Below are positions 1-8,182 of a stretch of 34,823 nt of DNA, in pieces. The position numbers and the translations under genes were made by a program. The notes under the pieces are model-generated. The model made no database searches, was not told where the DNA came from, and saw only the letters and a list, made by a program, of their open reading frames with translations. The number at the start of each line of letters is the position of its first letter. The stretch's first letter is position 1. The stretch is from a virus (Duplodnaviria > Caudoviricetes), in the IMG/VR virus record IMGVR_UViG_3300031260_000115, positions 1 through 34,823 of that record, one strand, 5' to 3'.

Positions 1-141
1 CAGTAATGCTCCCACGCTGACTTTCCAGTCGGGAGAGGGGAAGATTTCAAATTATTCCCCCTCTTCGCAAAAATATGATTTTGATATGTCTGAAAATTCG
101 TGGGAGGAAATCCCGGGACTCTGGCAGGAACAATTCAGGAA
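1..141 (+). repeat. Terminal direct repeat, copy 1 (assembly overlap of a circular contig)
   Basis: 1-141 is identical to 34683-34823. The ORF reads in frame through the junction. 141 is a common maximum assembler k-mer. Confidence 0.97.
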
Positions 142-3100
142 AAACTGGTCGGAGTATGAAAAAGAACATCACAAGCCGGCCGGCTGGGCGCTTGACAGAC
201 TTCGTGAATTGTATCGACCGCTTTTTGAATCTAATCCGGAAAACCACCTTATCAGAAACAATGCCTGGCTTCTGGGACTCACGGAATCGTCGGAGATGGC
301 GGAGCAGCTTAAGAATTTCACGCCGCAACCGCTTGAGTTTGAACATGATTTTGTAAGATTGGAACATGATTCCGCCGAAAAATTTGACGAAGCAATGCCA
401 TTCCTGACCTCTTTCGCTAAACGTATACGCGAGATGTCCGGTTTGGACGCCGGGGAAAGTCAAGCGCGGTTTTCGGTTGGTTCCGGTGATGGGTATGAAT
501 TTAATGGTGGCGGTAAGTTGGCCGCTGATATTGTTTCCGGTCGTGTAAAGAGGCCGTTACCTGAACAGCAAATTTTGCCAGACGAGGGAACTTATCCAGC
601 CGTGCGGACGGATGATGGAGGAATTTATGTTTTTAAAGCGCCGCAAACGACGCATGTAATTGAAATAAAAAAAGCGGGCATTCCTCCGGAACGAATCGTA
701 AGCGGTGGGTGGATTAAAGACGGTGTTTATGATGCATCCTATCGGTCAGATACATCGTCCTATGTTCAGCAGTATAAAGCACAGATTAAAGTTGCAGCGC
801 AGCGTTATAAAGATTCCCGGTTTTCGGTAGCGCCGCCGGTAGACACTCCGGAGTTCAAGAAGTGGTTCGGAGACTCGAAAGTCGTGGATGAACACGGCAA
901 TCCACTGGTTGTTTTTCATGCGACCTATAATGATTTTTCAATATTTGATCGGTCAAGATTGGGCGAAAATACAGAGGGTAATGCCTCATCTGCCGAATTA
1001 TTAGAAACAGCTAAATTAGGGTTTTGGTTCAGTACAAAGCCTTTGGCAAAAAATATGGCTCCATCTGGATCCGACATGCCGGTTTATCTGGCGATTGAAA
1101 ATCCATACACGACCGGGTCGCTTGATTCTCTGGCAATGGAGACGTCTGAGGCAGGCGGCGCAAATAACCTCGTTGATGATTTAGAACGTCGTGGATTTGA
1201 TGGAATAAAAATTTCAGACGAAGAATTCGGTGGGGATTCGTACGTAGTCTTCCTCCCGGAGCAGATCAAATCGGTATACAACATGGGGACGTGGGACGCG
1301 GACAATCCGGATATCCGGTTTTCTATGGAGCAGCAGTCCGATCCGTATCAGGAAACAGCGGTGCATGTGGCCGGGCGGATTTACAACCGGGATTTCCAGT
1401 ACGAAACCATCAAGCGCGGCAAGCGCAAGGGGCAGATGGTCGAGCGCCCGCAGAAGGATCAGGAAGCCGAGGTGGCCGCACTGCTCAAGGGGCAGGGGGC
1501 CAGTCCGAAACTGGCCGGAGAGGTGCTTGAAGCGGCACGCGAGATTGCACTGCATGTCGAGACGGACCGTGAAAACCTGACCAGTCGACGACTGATCAAT
1601 CGGGCGATCCGCGACGAGGGGCTGCGGCAGCAGTTTCGTGCCCTGGTGCGGAATGCCTATAGGAAAGGGCAGCAGGGCGGAGAATATTTCGAGTCGGCGC
1701 GGGCGCATGTGGAGGAACGCATCCGGCGGCAGGCGGAAGCAGCGATGCGCACCCGTCCGGGACTGACCATCGAGGATCTGGAAGACCGCTACGGCGTGAA
1801 AGTCAAGGATTTGCTCGATCAGCTGGAACTGGAAGAGAAAAAGGATGTGCTTAAGCCTCGAGACCAGAACATTGACACCGGCGAACAGGGAGAAGTTCAC
1901 GGAGAATCTCCCGATCTGAGTCCGGGGGAGCAGGAAATCTACAAAGAGCCGGCGGAGCAGTATCTGCACAAGATAAAAAGCGCGGTGATCCGCTCGCTGC
2001 TGCGCGAAGGAGCGATTGACGATGCGGGCAGTTTCAGCAAAAACCTGCGCAATCCGGTTGTCCGATCGGAATATGTCGAGACGCTGAAGCATGTGCTGCT
2101 GAAAACATCGGCAGAACTAAACTACGGATTTGCCCGGGATGTAATTGAACGCGGCATCCGCAATATCGGTGACGCGACGCTGCTGTCTACAATCGACAAT
2201 CGCGCAGAACGGCTGATACATCGCATGTTCGACGAACGGGTACGGGAGACTAAGGAAGAGCTGTATCAGCGGGCAGAGACCGCGCTGGCCGGTTTCAAGG
2301 GGCGGATAAAGAGCCGACAGCAGGATATCAGCCGTAAAGTGACGGCCCGCATCGATCAACTGTTTCGCTTTTCCCGCAAGGCGCTCAAGGTCCCGTCGGA
2401 ACTGGCCGAACGGCGTTTAATGGAACTGCAGGCAAGAGTGAATGATCTGGCCTCGCGGGCATACGACGGCGACACGGACAGCGAAGCGGCGTTTGAAGAG
2501 GCCCTGGATGAACTGAATGCGTACATGCGATTCGGAGCATTTAAATATAAAACCACGGCACAGATGGCTGAACAGCTCGACTGGCTCGAAAAAACGATGG
2601 CCGATGAAATAGAAAAACAGGAGGAACGCCGGGCAAAAGCGGCGGCTGAAGCACAGGGGATCCGCTCCCGTCTGCTGGCCGCGCTGCCGAACCGTAAACA
2701 CGGGGATGATATCGGCAGGCTGGAGAAGATGAACAGCTCCAGCCAGTTTCTTGAAATGCGGCTGCGGGCACTGCCGCGGTTCGGAAAAGATGCGGACCGG
2801 ACGGCGGCACTGAAAGATCTTGATGCCCTGGCGTTTGATCTGGCACGGGCAAACTTTCATAAAAACAACCGTGTCGCGGAGGATAACCGGGCCTTCGGAG
2901 AGGCGCTGCGTGAAATTTACGGTGGACGTCCGGATATGATTCTGCGTGATCTCATGAAGCCGCGTGATGAGTTTGAACGCTTCAGTCTGTACGGACATAA
3001 ACTCAGCCGGACGCAGCTGATCCAGATGGCAGGGATGCTGGCGCAGGAACAGTATCGCCATGCCGCGCAGCTGCAGGCGGAGATTGTTCCGCTGGTGGAA

Positions 3101-4786
3101 GGTAAAAAGGGTACAGCAGCCGAGATTGCCGAAAGTCTGTGGCAGTTTCCGGATGATTACATCAAATTTAAAACCCCGATCTCGGAAGAGGGTATGAGCG
3201 CGGGCGTGCTGGAGCACTTTGTGCAGACGGTTCTGGACGGAGCGCAGCTGTCGAAGCAGCTGGCGATGGAACCGGAAATTATGAAGGTGCTGACGGCGGA
3301 TGACATGAAGCTGCTCAACTGGTTCCGGGACTATTACCGCCGCAATCGTCCGGCGCTGTCTGATGTGAATGACCGGATAACCGGCCTGCCGATTCAGAAT
3401 CCTGATCCATACTATGTTCCGGCGAAAATCGATTTTGAACGCGGCGGCATGAAAGACGTGCATGTGAGCCTGCCGGTTGTTCCGCCGTCGCTTTCTCCGC
3501 GCGTGTTCAATGCGCGGGCACTGGATGAGCAGGCGGATATCGTTGAACTTTACATGCAGCGGCTGGAAAGCAATCAGCAGTATATTCACTTTGCGGAATT
3601 GCATCAGCGGGTATCCCGGATATTCAATGATCCGGCATTACTGAAGGCGCTGCGGAATACACACGGAGAAACAACGATCAAACAGCTCATGGTGCATCTG
3701 CGGGATGTCATCAGCGGGCAGCCGATCACATCGGGGCGTGATCCGTTCGCTGATGCGCTGGTCAACATCATGGCGGCGACACGGCTGGGATTCAATGTCA
3801 GCCTGACGCCGAGGCAGATCACCAGCCTGCCGGCGTTCGCCTTTTATGTGGATACCGGTAAATTCTTTAAATATGCGGGCAGTGCATTTTCTGCGGAAGG
3901 ACGTGCGGCGATGAAAACAATCCTGGCCTCGCCGCATGCCAAGACCCGTCTGCGGACCGGAAACACGCAGGTCATGAATGAATTCCTGAGCGGATTCGGA
4001 GAAAAGGGATCTACGGTCTGGGAAGCATACAAGCGTGCCGGGGCGTGGCCGACCAAGATCGGCGACATCATTCCGACACTGGTATTCGGGCAGGGCTATT
4101 ACCGCGCCATGATTGATGAGGCGGCGCGGCAGGGCATGCGTCCGGAAGAGGGGCAGGAATGGGCCATGGATCAGTTGTGGCGACTGGTGGAGATGAGTCA
4201 GCAGTCCGGCAGTATGATCAACCTGGCTGAATGGCAGCGGCACGGCGGCAGCTTCGGACGGGCGCTGGGACAATTTATTTCTGCGCCGCAGCAATACTGG
4301 GCAAAGGAAGTATTTGATTGGCGGGAAATGAAAGCGGCGTGGCAGACTGAAGGGACGGGCAGTGAGCGGTTTAAGACTGCCGGAAAACAGTTTGCGAAAA
4401 CCACTGCAATTAACTGGGGTGTGCTGGCCTTGCTCTACAACGGTATGAAACTGGCCTGGTATGCGTTGCTCGGCGATATGCCGGATGATAAGGACTGGCA
4501 GCGGCTGCTGGCGTCCACGGCAGCCGGACCTACCGGCGGAATTTTCATTGTCGGTGCGGCGCTTGAAGCGTTTATCAACGGAGTCAGTACAGGGGATACC
4601 GGATACGGGAACCAGCTTATTCCGCTGGCGGGCATTCTGGACGACGCACAGACCGCCGCGGCGATTGCTAACCAGCTCATGCTCGGTGATCCGGAAGAGG
4701 CGCTGGATGCGCTGGATCGCCTGCTGAGGTCCAATCTCCCGCCGTACCGGGATGTTTCGAAGGCGGTCGAAAACTACAGCCGGTAG
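2..4786 (+). CDS. C-terminal part of a ~2,980-aa giant internal virion/ejection (gp16-position) polyvalent protein; the gene starts at 30526 and wraps the origin; includes an ART-PolyVal-like ADP-ribosyltransferase domain (~818-1320)
   Basis: Frame is continuous with the ORF at the right end (…YDFDMSENSWEEIPG…). ART-like motifs: FKKWFGDSKVVD..GNPLVVFH, GFWFS, MPVYL.IENP, GFDGI, YVVF.PEQIKS..N.GTWD..NPDIRFS. The C-terminus is helical with hydrophobic segments. Confidence 0.85.
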   Translation, partial: SNAPTLTFQSGEGKISNYSPSSQKYDFDMSENSWEEIPGLWQEQFRKNWSEYEKEHHKPAGWALDRLRELYRPLFESNPENHLIRNNAWLLGLTESSEMAEQLKNFTPQPLEFEHDFVRLEHDSAEKFDEAMPFLTSFAKRIREMSGLDAGESQARFSVGSGDGYEFNGGGKLAADIVSGRVKRPLPEQQILPDEGTYPAVRTDDGGIYVFKAPQTTHVIEIKKAGIPPERIVSGGWIKDGVYDASYRSDTSSYVQQYKAQIKVAAQRYKDSRFSVAPPVDTPEFKKWFGDSKVVDEHGNPLVVFHATYNDFSIFDRSRLGENTEGNASSAELLETAKLGFWFSTKPLAKNMAPSGSDMPVYLAIENPYTTGSLDSLAMETSEAGGANNLVDDLERRGFDGIKISDEEFGGDSYVVFLPEQIKSVYNMGTWDADNPDIRFSMEQQSDPYQETAVHVAGRIYNRDFQYETIKRGKRKGQMVERPQKDQEAEVAALLKGQGASPKLAGEVLEAAREIALHVETDRENLTSRRLINRAIRDEGLRQQFRALVRNAYRKGQQGGEYFESARAHVEERIRRQAEAAMRTRPGLTIEDLEDRYGVKVKDLLDQLELEEKKDVLKPRDQNIDTGEQGEVHGESPDLSPGEQEIYKEPAEQYLHKIKSAVIRSLLREGAIDDAGSFSKNLRNPVVRSEYVETLKHVLLKTSAELNYGFARDVIERGIRNIGDATLLSTIDNRAERLIHRMFDERVRETKEELYQRAETALAGFKGRIKSRQQDISRKVTARIDQLFRFSRKALKVPSELAERRLMELQARVNDLASRAYDGDTDSEAAFEEALDELNAYMRFGAFKYKTTAQMAEQLDWLEKTMADEIEKQEERRAKAAAEAQGIRSRLLAALPNRKHGDDIGRLEKMNSSSQFLEMRLRALPRFGKDADRTAALKDLDALAFDLARANFHKNNRVAEDNRAFGEALREIYGGRPDMILRDLMKPRDEFERFSLYGHKLSRTQLIQMAGMLAQEQYRHAAQLQAEIVPLVEGKKGTAAEIAESLWQFPDDYIKFKTPISEEGMSAGVLEHFVQTVLDGAQLSKQLAMEPEIMKVLTADDMKLLNWFRDYYRRNRPALSDVNDRITGLPIQNPDPYYVPAKIDFERGGMKDVHVSLPVVPPSLSPRVFNARALDEQADIVELYMQRLESNQQYIHFAELHQRVSRIFNDPALLKALRNTHGETTIKQLMVHLRDVISGQPITSGRDPFADALVNIMAATRLGFNVSLTPRQITSLPAFAFYVDTGKFFKYAGSAFSAEGRAAMKTILASPHAKTRLRTGNTQVMNEFLSGFGEKGSTVWEAYKRAGAWPTKIGDIIPTLVFGQGYYRAMIDEAARQGMRPEEGQEWAMDQLWRLVEMSQQSGSMINLAEWQRHGGSFGRALGQFISAPQQYWAKEVFDWREMKAAWQTEGTGSERFKTAGKQFAKTTAINWGVLALLYNGMKLAWYALLGDMPDDKDWQRLLASTAAGPTGGIFIVGAALEAFINGVSTGDTGYGNQLIPLAGILDDAQTAAAIANQLMLGDPEEALDALDRLLRSNLPPYRDVSKAVENYSR

Positions 4787-4789
4787 AGA

Positions 4790-4800
4790 TGCGTATATAG
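4790..4800 (+). promoter_or_regulatory. Putative late promoter motif TGCGTATATAG, copy 1
   Basis: The identical 11-mer occurs at 4790, 20078 and 23696, each just upstream of a structural gene block. Confidence 0.65.
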
Positions 4801-4819
4801 TCCGGAGGAACACCGGATT

Positions 4820-5251
4820 ATGAAAAATTTAACGGCTTGGACTATGACGATTGGATTATCAACGCGCTGTATCCCGGCGCAGAACATCACCGCAGACGAT
4901 GCCGCGGAGTGGATCAACGGCATGAATGTGACTGCCGGTGAATATTACGCAAACAGCTCCGGCATGGTTTACATGGCCGTTACCGCGGGCACGTCAACAA
5001 ACGAACCGGTACATGGCAGCGGTGTAACCACCGGCGCGGATGGAATCGGCTGGCTGTTTTGCAGCAGATATTTCGGTCAGAACGGCGTCATTGCCTGCGT
5101 GCTAAGCGGCGATGAGGTGCACTACAACCGCAACGCTGCCGCAACAACGGACATGCCGTGGACGATCAAACGCACGTTTGATCCGGATCGCGGAGACTGG
5201 CATTTCGTGCCGGCTGAAGACAGTTCCACCGTCGCTTTTCTCGAACTCTAG
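4820..5251 (+). CDS. Small tail-associated protein with a carbohydrate-binding-module-like motif
   Basis: Pattern W..G....AGEY...SSG.VY.A.TAGTS...P.H.SG....DG..W resembles tail/CBM repeats. GGAGG RBS. Lies directly before the DGR target. Confidence 0.55.
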   Translation: MKNLTAWTMTIGLSTRCIPAQNITADDAAEWINGMNVTAGEYYANSSGMVYMAVTAGTSTNEPVHGSGVTTGADGIGWLFCSRYFGQNGVIACVLSGDEVHYNRNAAATTDMPWTIKRTFDPDRGDWHFVPAEDSSTVAFLEL

Positions 5252-5262
5252 GAGATACAGCA

Positions 5263-6624
5263 ATGAGATATGATCCGGGCGTACAGAGTAAATCAATTCC
5301 AGCAGGACACATCCCGGTATCAATCCGCCCCGGTCTGCTGGGCGATTCAGGGGTACTGGCTTCTGAACTGAACAATATGATGTATTACGGCGTCGAATGG
5401 GACCTTGCAAACAGCGACCCGGCCTGTACGCGGATCGGGTCAATGGACCTGCACCGCACGCTTCCGATACAGAGCGGCATGTACGCCTGTCTGCTGAATG
5501 ATGACCGTACGGAAAATTATAAGCTGCATCCGTCGGACTGGTCGCAGAAGAAAACCGGCGGGGCCTCGGCGCTTGACGGAACGGATGGGCAGGTAAAAAT
5601 TTACAGACCGGGCTTTTATTTCCGCCATGAGGAAGACGTAACCGTCCGCCGCTGGAAAATCAGCCCTTATCCGGTGAACGGTTTCACCTGGATTCCTCCG
5701 CAGTATGTGGGCGCGTATGAGGCATCTTTGGACAGGGTGAACAACAAGTTAGCCTCTGTAATCAACACCTCCGATGACTATCGCGGCGGAAATAATAATG
5801 CGTCGTACGATGGCACCGACCATGACCTGCACGGGATGCCGGTTTCAAATCTGTCGCGTGGATCATTCAGGTCATACGCGCACAACAGGGGAAGCGGCTG
5901 GGAGATGTACAACTACTGGGCGCACCGGGCGCTGATGATCCTGTTTACGGTTGAGTACGCAACCCGCTATTCGCAAATGGCCGTCAACAGCGCACTGGAT
6001 GCAAGCGGCTTCCGGCAGGGCGGGCTGGGAGCCGGATGCACCAATATTAACGCCACGACGTGGAACACATGGAACGCTTATAATCCGTTTATTCCGTGCG
6101 GATATACGAACGAGCTGGCGAGCGGCAGCGGTGAGGTGCTGTTCGACATGCCGGAAGGATACGGGACGTTAACAACACAGGCTAACCGTTATCGCGGCGT
6201 GGAGAATCCGTTCGGGCACATTTGGAAAAATTGTGACGGAATCAATGTCCGAGTTTATGCCGCCGATGCGGCGACTCCGATTACCGAGGCGTTTGTCTGC
6301 GACGATCCGAGTTTGTGGAATGACTCTAATTATGACGGGTATTACAAGATCGGCGAACTGCCGAGATCCAACGGTTATATCAAAGAAATGATCGCCGGGC
6401 AGGTCATGCCGCTGGTTGCATCCGGAGCCGGCGACTCAACGTACTGGACCGACCATTTCTACACGCTGGTTCAGGCGAGCGGCGACCCGGAGCTGCGTAG
6501 AGTGATGTTAGGCGGTTCGGCGTCTTATGGTTCGTCTGCGGGTTTCAGCTACTCGGATACGCATTATGCGCCCTGGATTGCGAATCCGTCTATCGGCTCT
6601 CGGCTCTGCTGTTTCCCTGCGTAA
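5263..6624 (+). CDS. DGR target protein, putative receptor-binding protein with a C-terminal CLec-like variable domain
   Basis: YRGVENPFGHIWK..DG motif and GG..(VR)..IGSRLC ending typical of CLec-fold DGR targets. Its 3' end matches the TR with adenine-biased differences. AGGAG RBS. Confidence 0.88.
   Translation: MRYDPGVQSKSIPAGHIPVSIRPGLLGDSGVLASELNNMMYYGVEWDLANSDPACTRIGSMDLHRTLPIQSGMYACLLNDDRTENYKLHPSDWSQKKTGGASALDGTDGQVKIYRPGFYFRHEEDVTVRRWKISPYPVNGFTWIPPQYVGAYEASLDRVNNKLASVINTSDDYRGGNNNASYDGTDHDLHGMPVSNLSRGSFRSYAHNRGSGWEMYNYWAHRALMILFTVEYATRYSQMAVNSALDASGFRQGGLGAGCTNINATTWNTWNAYNPFIPCGYTNELASGSGEVLFDMPEGYGTLTTQANRYRGVENPFGHIWKNCDGINVRVYAADAATPITEAFVCDDPSLWNDSNYDGYYKIGELPRSNGYIKEMIAGQVMPLVASGAGDSTYWTDHFYTLVQASGDPELRRVMLGGSASYGSSAGFSYSDTHYAPWIANPSIGSRLCCFPA
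6511..6614 (+). repeat. DGR variable repeat (VR)
   Basis: Ungapped match to 6691-6794 (offset 180). 20 mismatches in 104 bp, 17 of them opposite TR adenines. Weaker similarity extends to ~6502 and ~6620. Confidence 0.95.
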
Positions 6625-6630
6625 GCAGGG
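6615..6630 (+). promoter_or_regulatory. Post-VR hairpin CCCTGC-GTAA-GCAGGG (candidate DGR target-recognition stem-loop)
   Basis: Perfect 6-bp GC-rich stem with a 4-nt loop overlapping the target stop codon. Absent after the TR. Confidence 0.7.
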
Positions 6631-6690
6631 CGAAAACGAAAACGAAAAAAAATGATGGAAACAGGTTGTCATCTCATGAGCGTGCTGTTC

Positions 6691-6794
6691 GGCAGTTCGG
6701 CGAATAATGGTTCGAATGCAGGTTTCGGCTACTCGAATACGAATAATACGCCCTCGAATGCGAATGCGAATATCGGCTCTCAGCTAAGCTGTTT
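6691..6794 (+). ncRNA. DGR template repeat (TR), part of the DGR RNA
   Basis: Nine AAT codons in the VR reading frame and 27 adenines, 17 of which are substituted in the VR. Lies between the target and the RT. Confidence 0.95.
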
Positions 6795-6891
6795 AAATGA
6801 AGAGATGAAACCCTGCCGCCTGGCAAAAAACAAACAATCCGAAACGGGTGCCGGTAGTTTCGGCGAAGGTTCCCGGATGGACAGCAGAATA

Positions 6892-7872
6892 ATGAAACGA
6901 GTGAATCATCTGTTTGAGCGGATCGCGGATTTGGAGAATCTGCGCCGCGCCGATGAAAAGGCGCGTAAAGGCAAACTGAAATCATACGGCGTCCGGAAAC
7001 ACGATCAAAATCGGGATGCAAACATCCACGAACTGCACCGGGCGCTGCTGGCCGGGACGTATAAAACATCAAAATACCATGTATTCAGCATGGTGACCGA
7101 TGCCGGCAAAGAGCGCACAATTTATCAACTGCCGTATTATCCGGACCGCATCCTGCATCACGCGGTGATGAACGTGATGGAGCCGGTCTGGATGCAGCTG
7201 TTCACGGCGGATACCTATTCCTGCATCAAGGGCCGCGGCATACACGGCGTTGTGCGCAAAATGAAAGAGACTCTCAGGAATGTCGATGGCACGGAATACT
7301 GCCTGAAACTGGATATCCGCAAATTCTATCCGTCGATCGATCACGATATTCTAAAAGTCATGCTGAGGAAGAAAATCAAGGACAACCGATTACTGGCCCT
7401 GCTGGATGAAATCATAGACAGCGCTCCGGGCGTGCCGATCGGCAATTATCTGAGCCAGTTTTTCGCCAATATTTATCTGGCCTATTTTGATCACTGGATC
7501 AAAGAGGATCGCCGGATTGAGCATTATTTCCGCTATGCCGACGATATCGTGATTCTGCATCCGGATAAAACGGTCCTGCACAGCCTGCTGAGAGATATTC
7601 AGAGCTACCTGCGGGACAACCTGCGGCTGGAGGTAAAGGGCAACTGGCAGGTGTTTCCGGTGGATTCGCGGGGCATTGATTTCGTCGGCTACGTTTTCCG
7701 TCATTCGCACGTCCGGCTGCGTAAATCAATTAAACAATCCTGGGCGCGCAAGGCGGCCCGGCTGCGGCGGAAGAACATCAGCCCGGACGATATGCGGCAG
7801 GCGCTGTGCAGTTATACGGGCTGGGCGTCGCACTGTGACGCCCGGAATCTGGTGAGGAGGCTGGCGGTATGA
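6892..7872 (+). CDS. DGR reverse transcriptase (~326 aa)
   Basis: Motifs DRILHHA, YCLKLDIRKFYPSIDH, GVPIGNYLSQ (DGR-type SQ), YFRYADD, GIDFVGY. Start placed at MKRVNHLFE because the upstream in-frame extension is the TR. Confidence 0.95.
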   Translation: MKRVNHLFERIADLENLRRADEKARKGKLKSYGVRKHDQNRDANIHELHRALLAGTYKTSKYHVFSMVTDAGKERTIYQLPYYPDRILHHAVMNVMEPVWMQLFTADTYSCIKGRGIHGVVRKMKETLRNVDGTEYCLKLDIRKFYPSIDHDILKVMLRKKIKDNRLLALLDEIIDSAPGVPIGNYLSQFFANIYLAYFDHWIKEDRRIEHYFRYADDIVILHPDKTVLHSLLRDIQSYLRDNLRLEVKGNWQVFPVDSRGIDFVGYVFRHSHVRLRKSIKQSWARKAARLRRKNISPDDMRQALCSYTGWASHCDARNLVRRLAV

Positions 7873-8171
7873 AAGCCTTCCGCGACATGGGAATCAAGCC
7901 GCAGCATCAGCTGTTTGTCGGCGACAAAATCAAGATCAGCAAGGTGCTGAACTGCGAAATTACTGTCTCTGATTTTTCGGTGTCGGACAGCAAGTATCCG
8001 AAAAACAAATCAGGGAAACTGCTGACGCTGCAGATTGAACTGAACCGTGAGCCGCATGTGGTATTCACGGGATCGGACGTGCTGCTCGATCAGATCGGCC
8101 AGGTGCAGAAAGAGGATTTTCCGTTTCTGGCGACGATTGTGCAGAACGGTGAGCATTTTGAATTTCGATAA
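7869..8171 (+). CDS. Hypothetical beta-rich protein coupled to the RT, candidate DGR accessory protein
   Basis: ATGA overlap with the RT stop. 100 aa with alternating hydrophobic strand patterns, unlike the all-helical Avd. Confidence 0.7.
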   Translation: MKAFRDMGIKPQHQLFVGDKIKISKVLNCEITVSDFSVSDSKYPKNKSGKLLTLQIELNREPHVVFTGSDVLLDQIGQVQKEDFPFLATIVQNGEHFEFR

Positions 8172-8182
8172 GGGGGAAGTAT

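Noticed and set aside
1214-4813. Long minus-strand ORFs (292, 395, 391 aa) and similar antisense ORFs elsewhere (e.g. 20477-21424, 22861-23787, 30643-31431)
   Set aside because: They are shadows of GC-rich plus-strand genes, with no motifs or RBS support.
6652-6891. 80-aa N-terminal extension of the RT (406-aa ORF call)
   Set aside because: The extension is the TR and spacer read in frame (Asn-rich). RT-like sequence starts at MKR (6892).
6892-7872. RT as a group II intron, retron or Abi RT
   Set aside because: It is short with no maturase/endonuclease extension, has the SQ motif, and sits next to an adenine-biased TR/VR pair.
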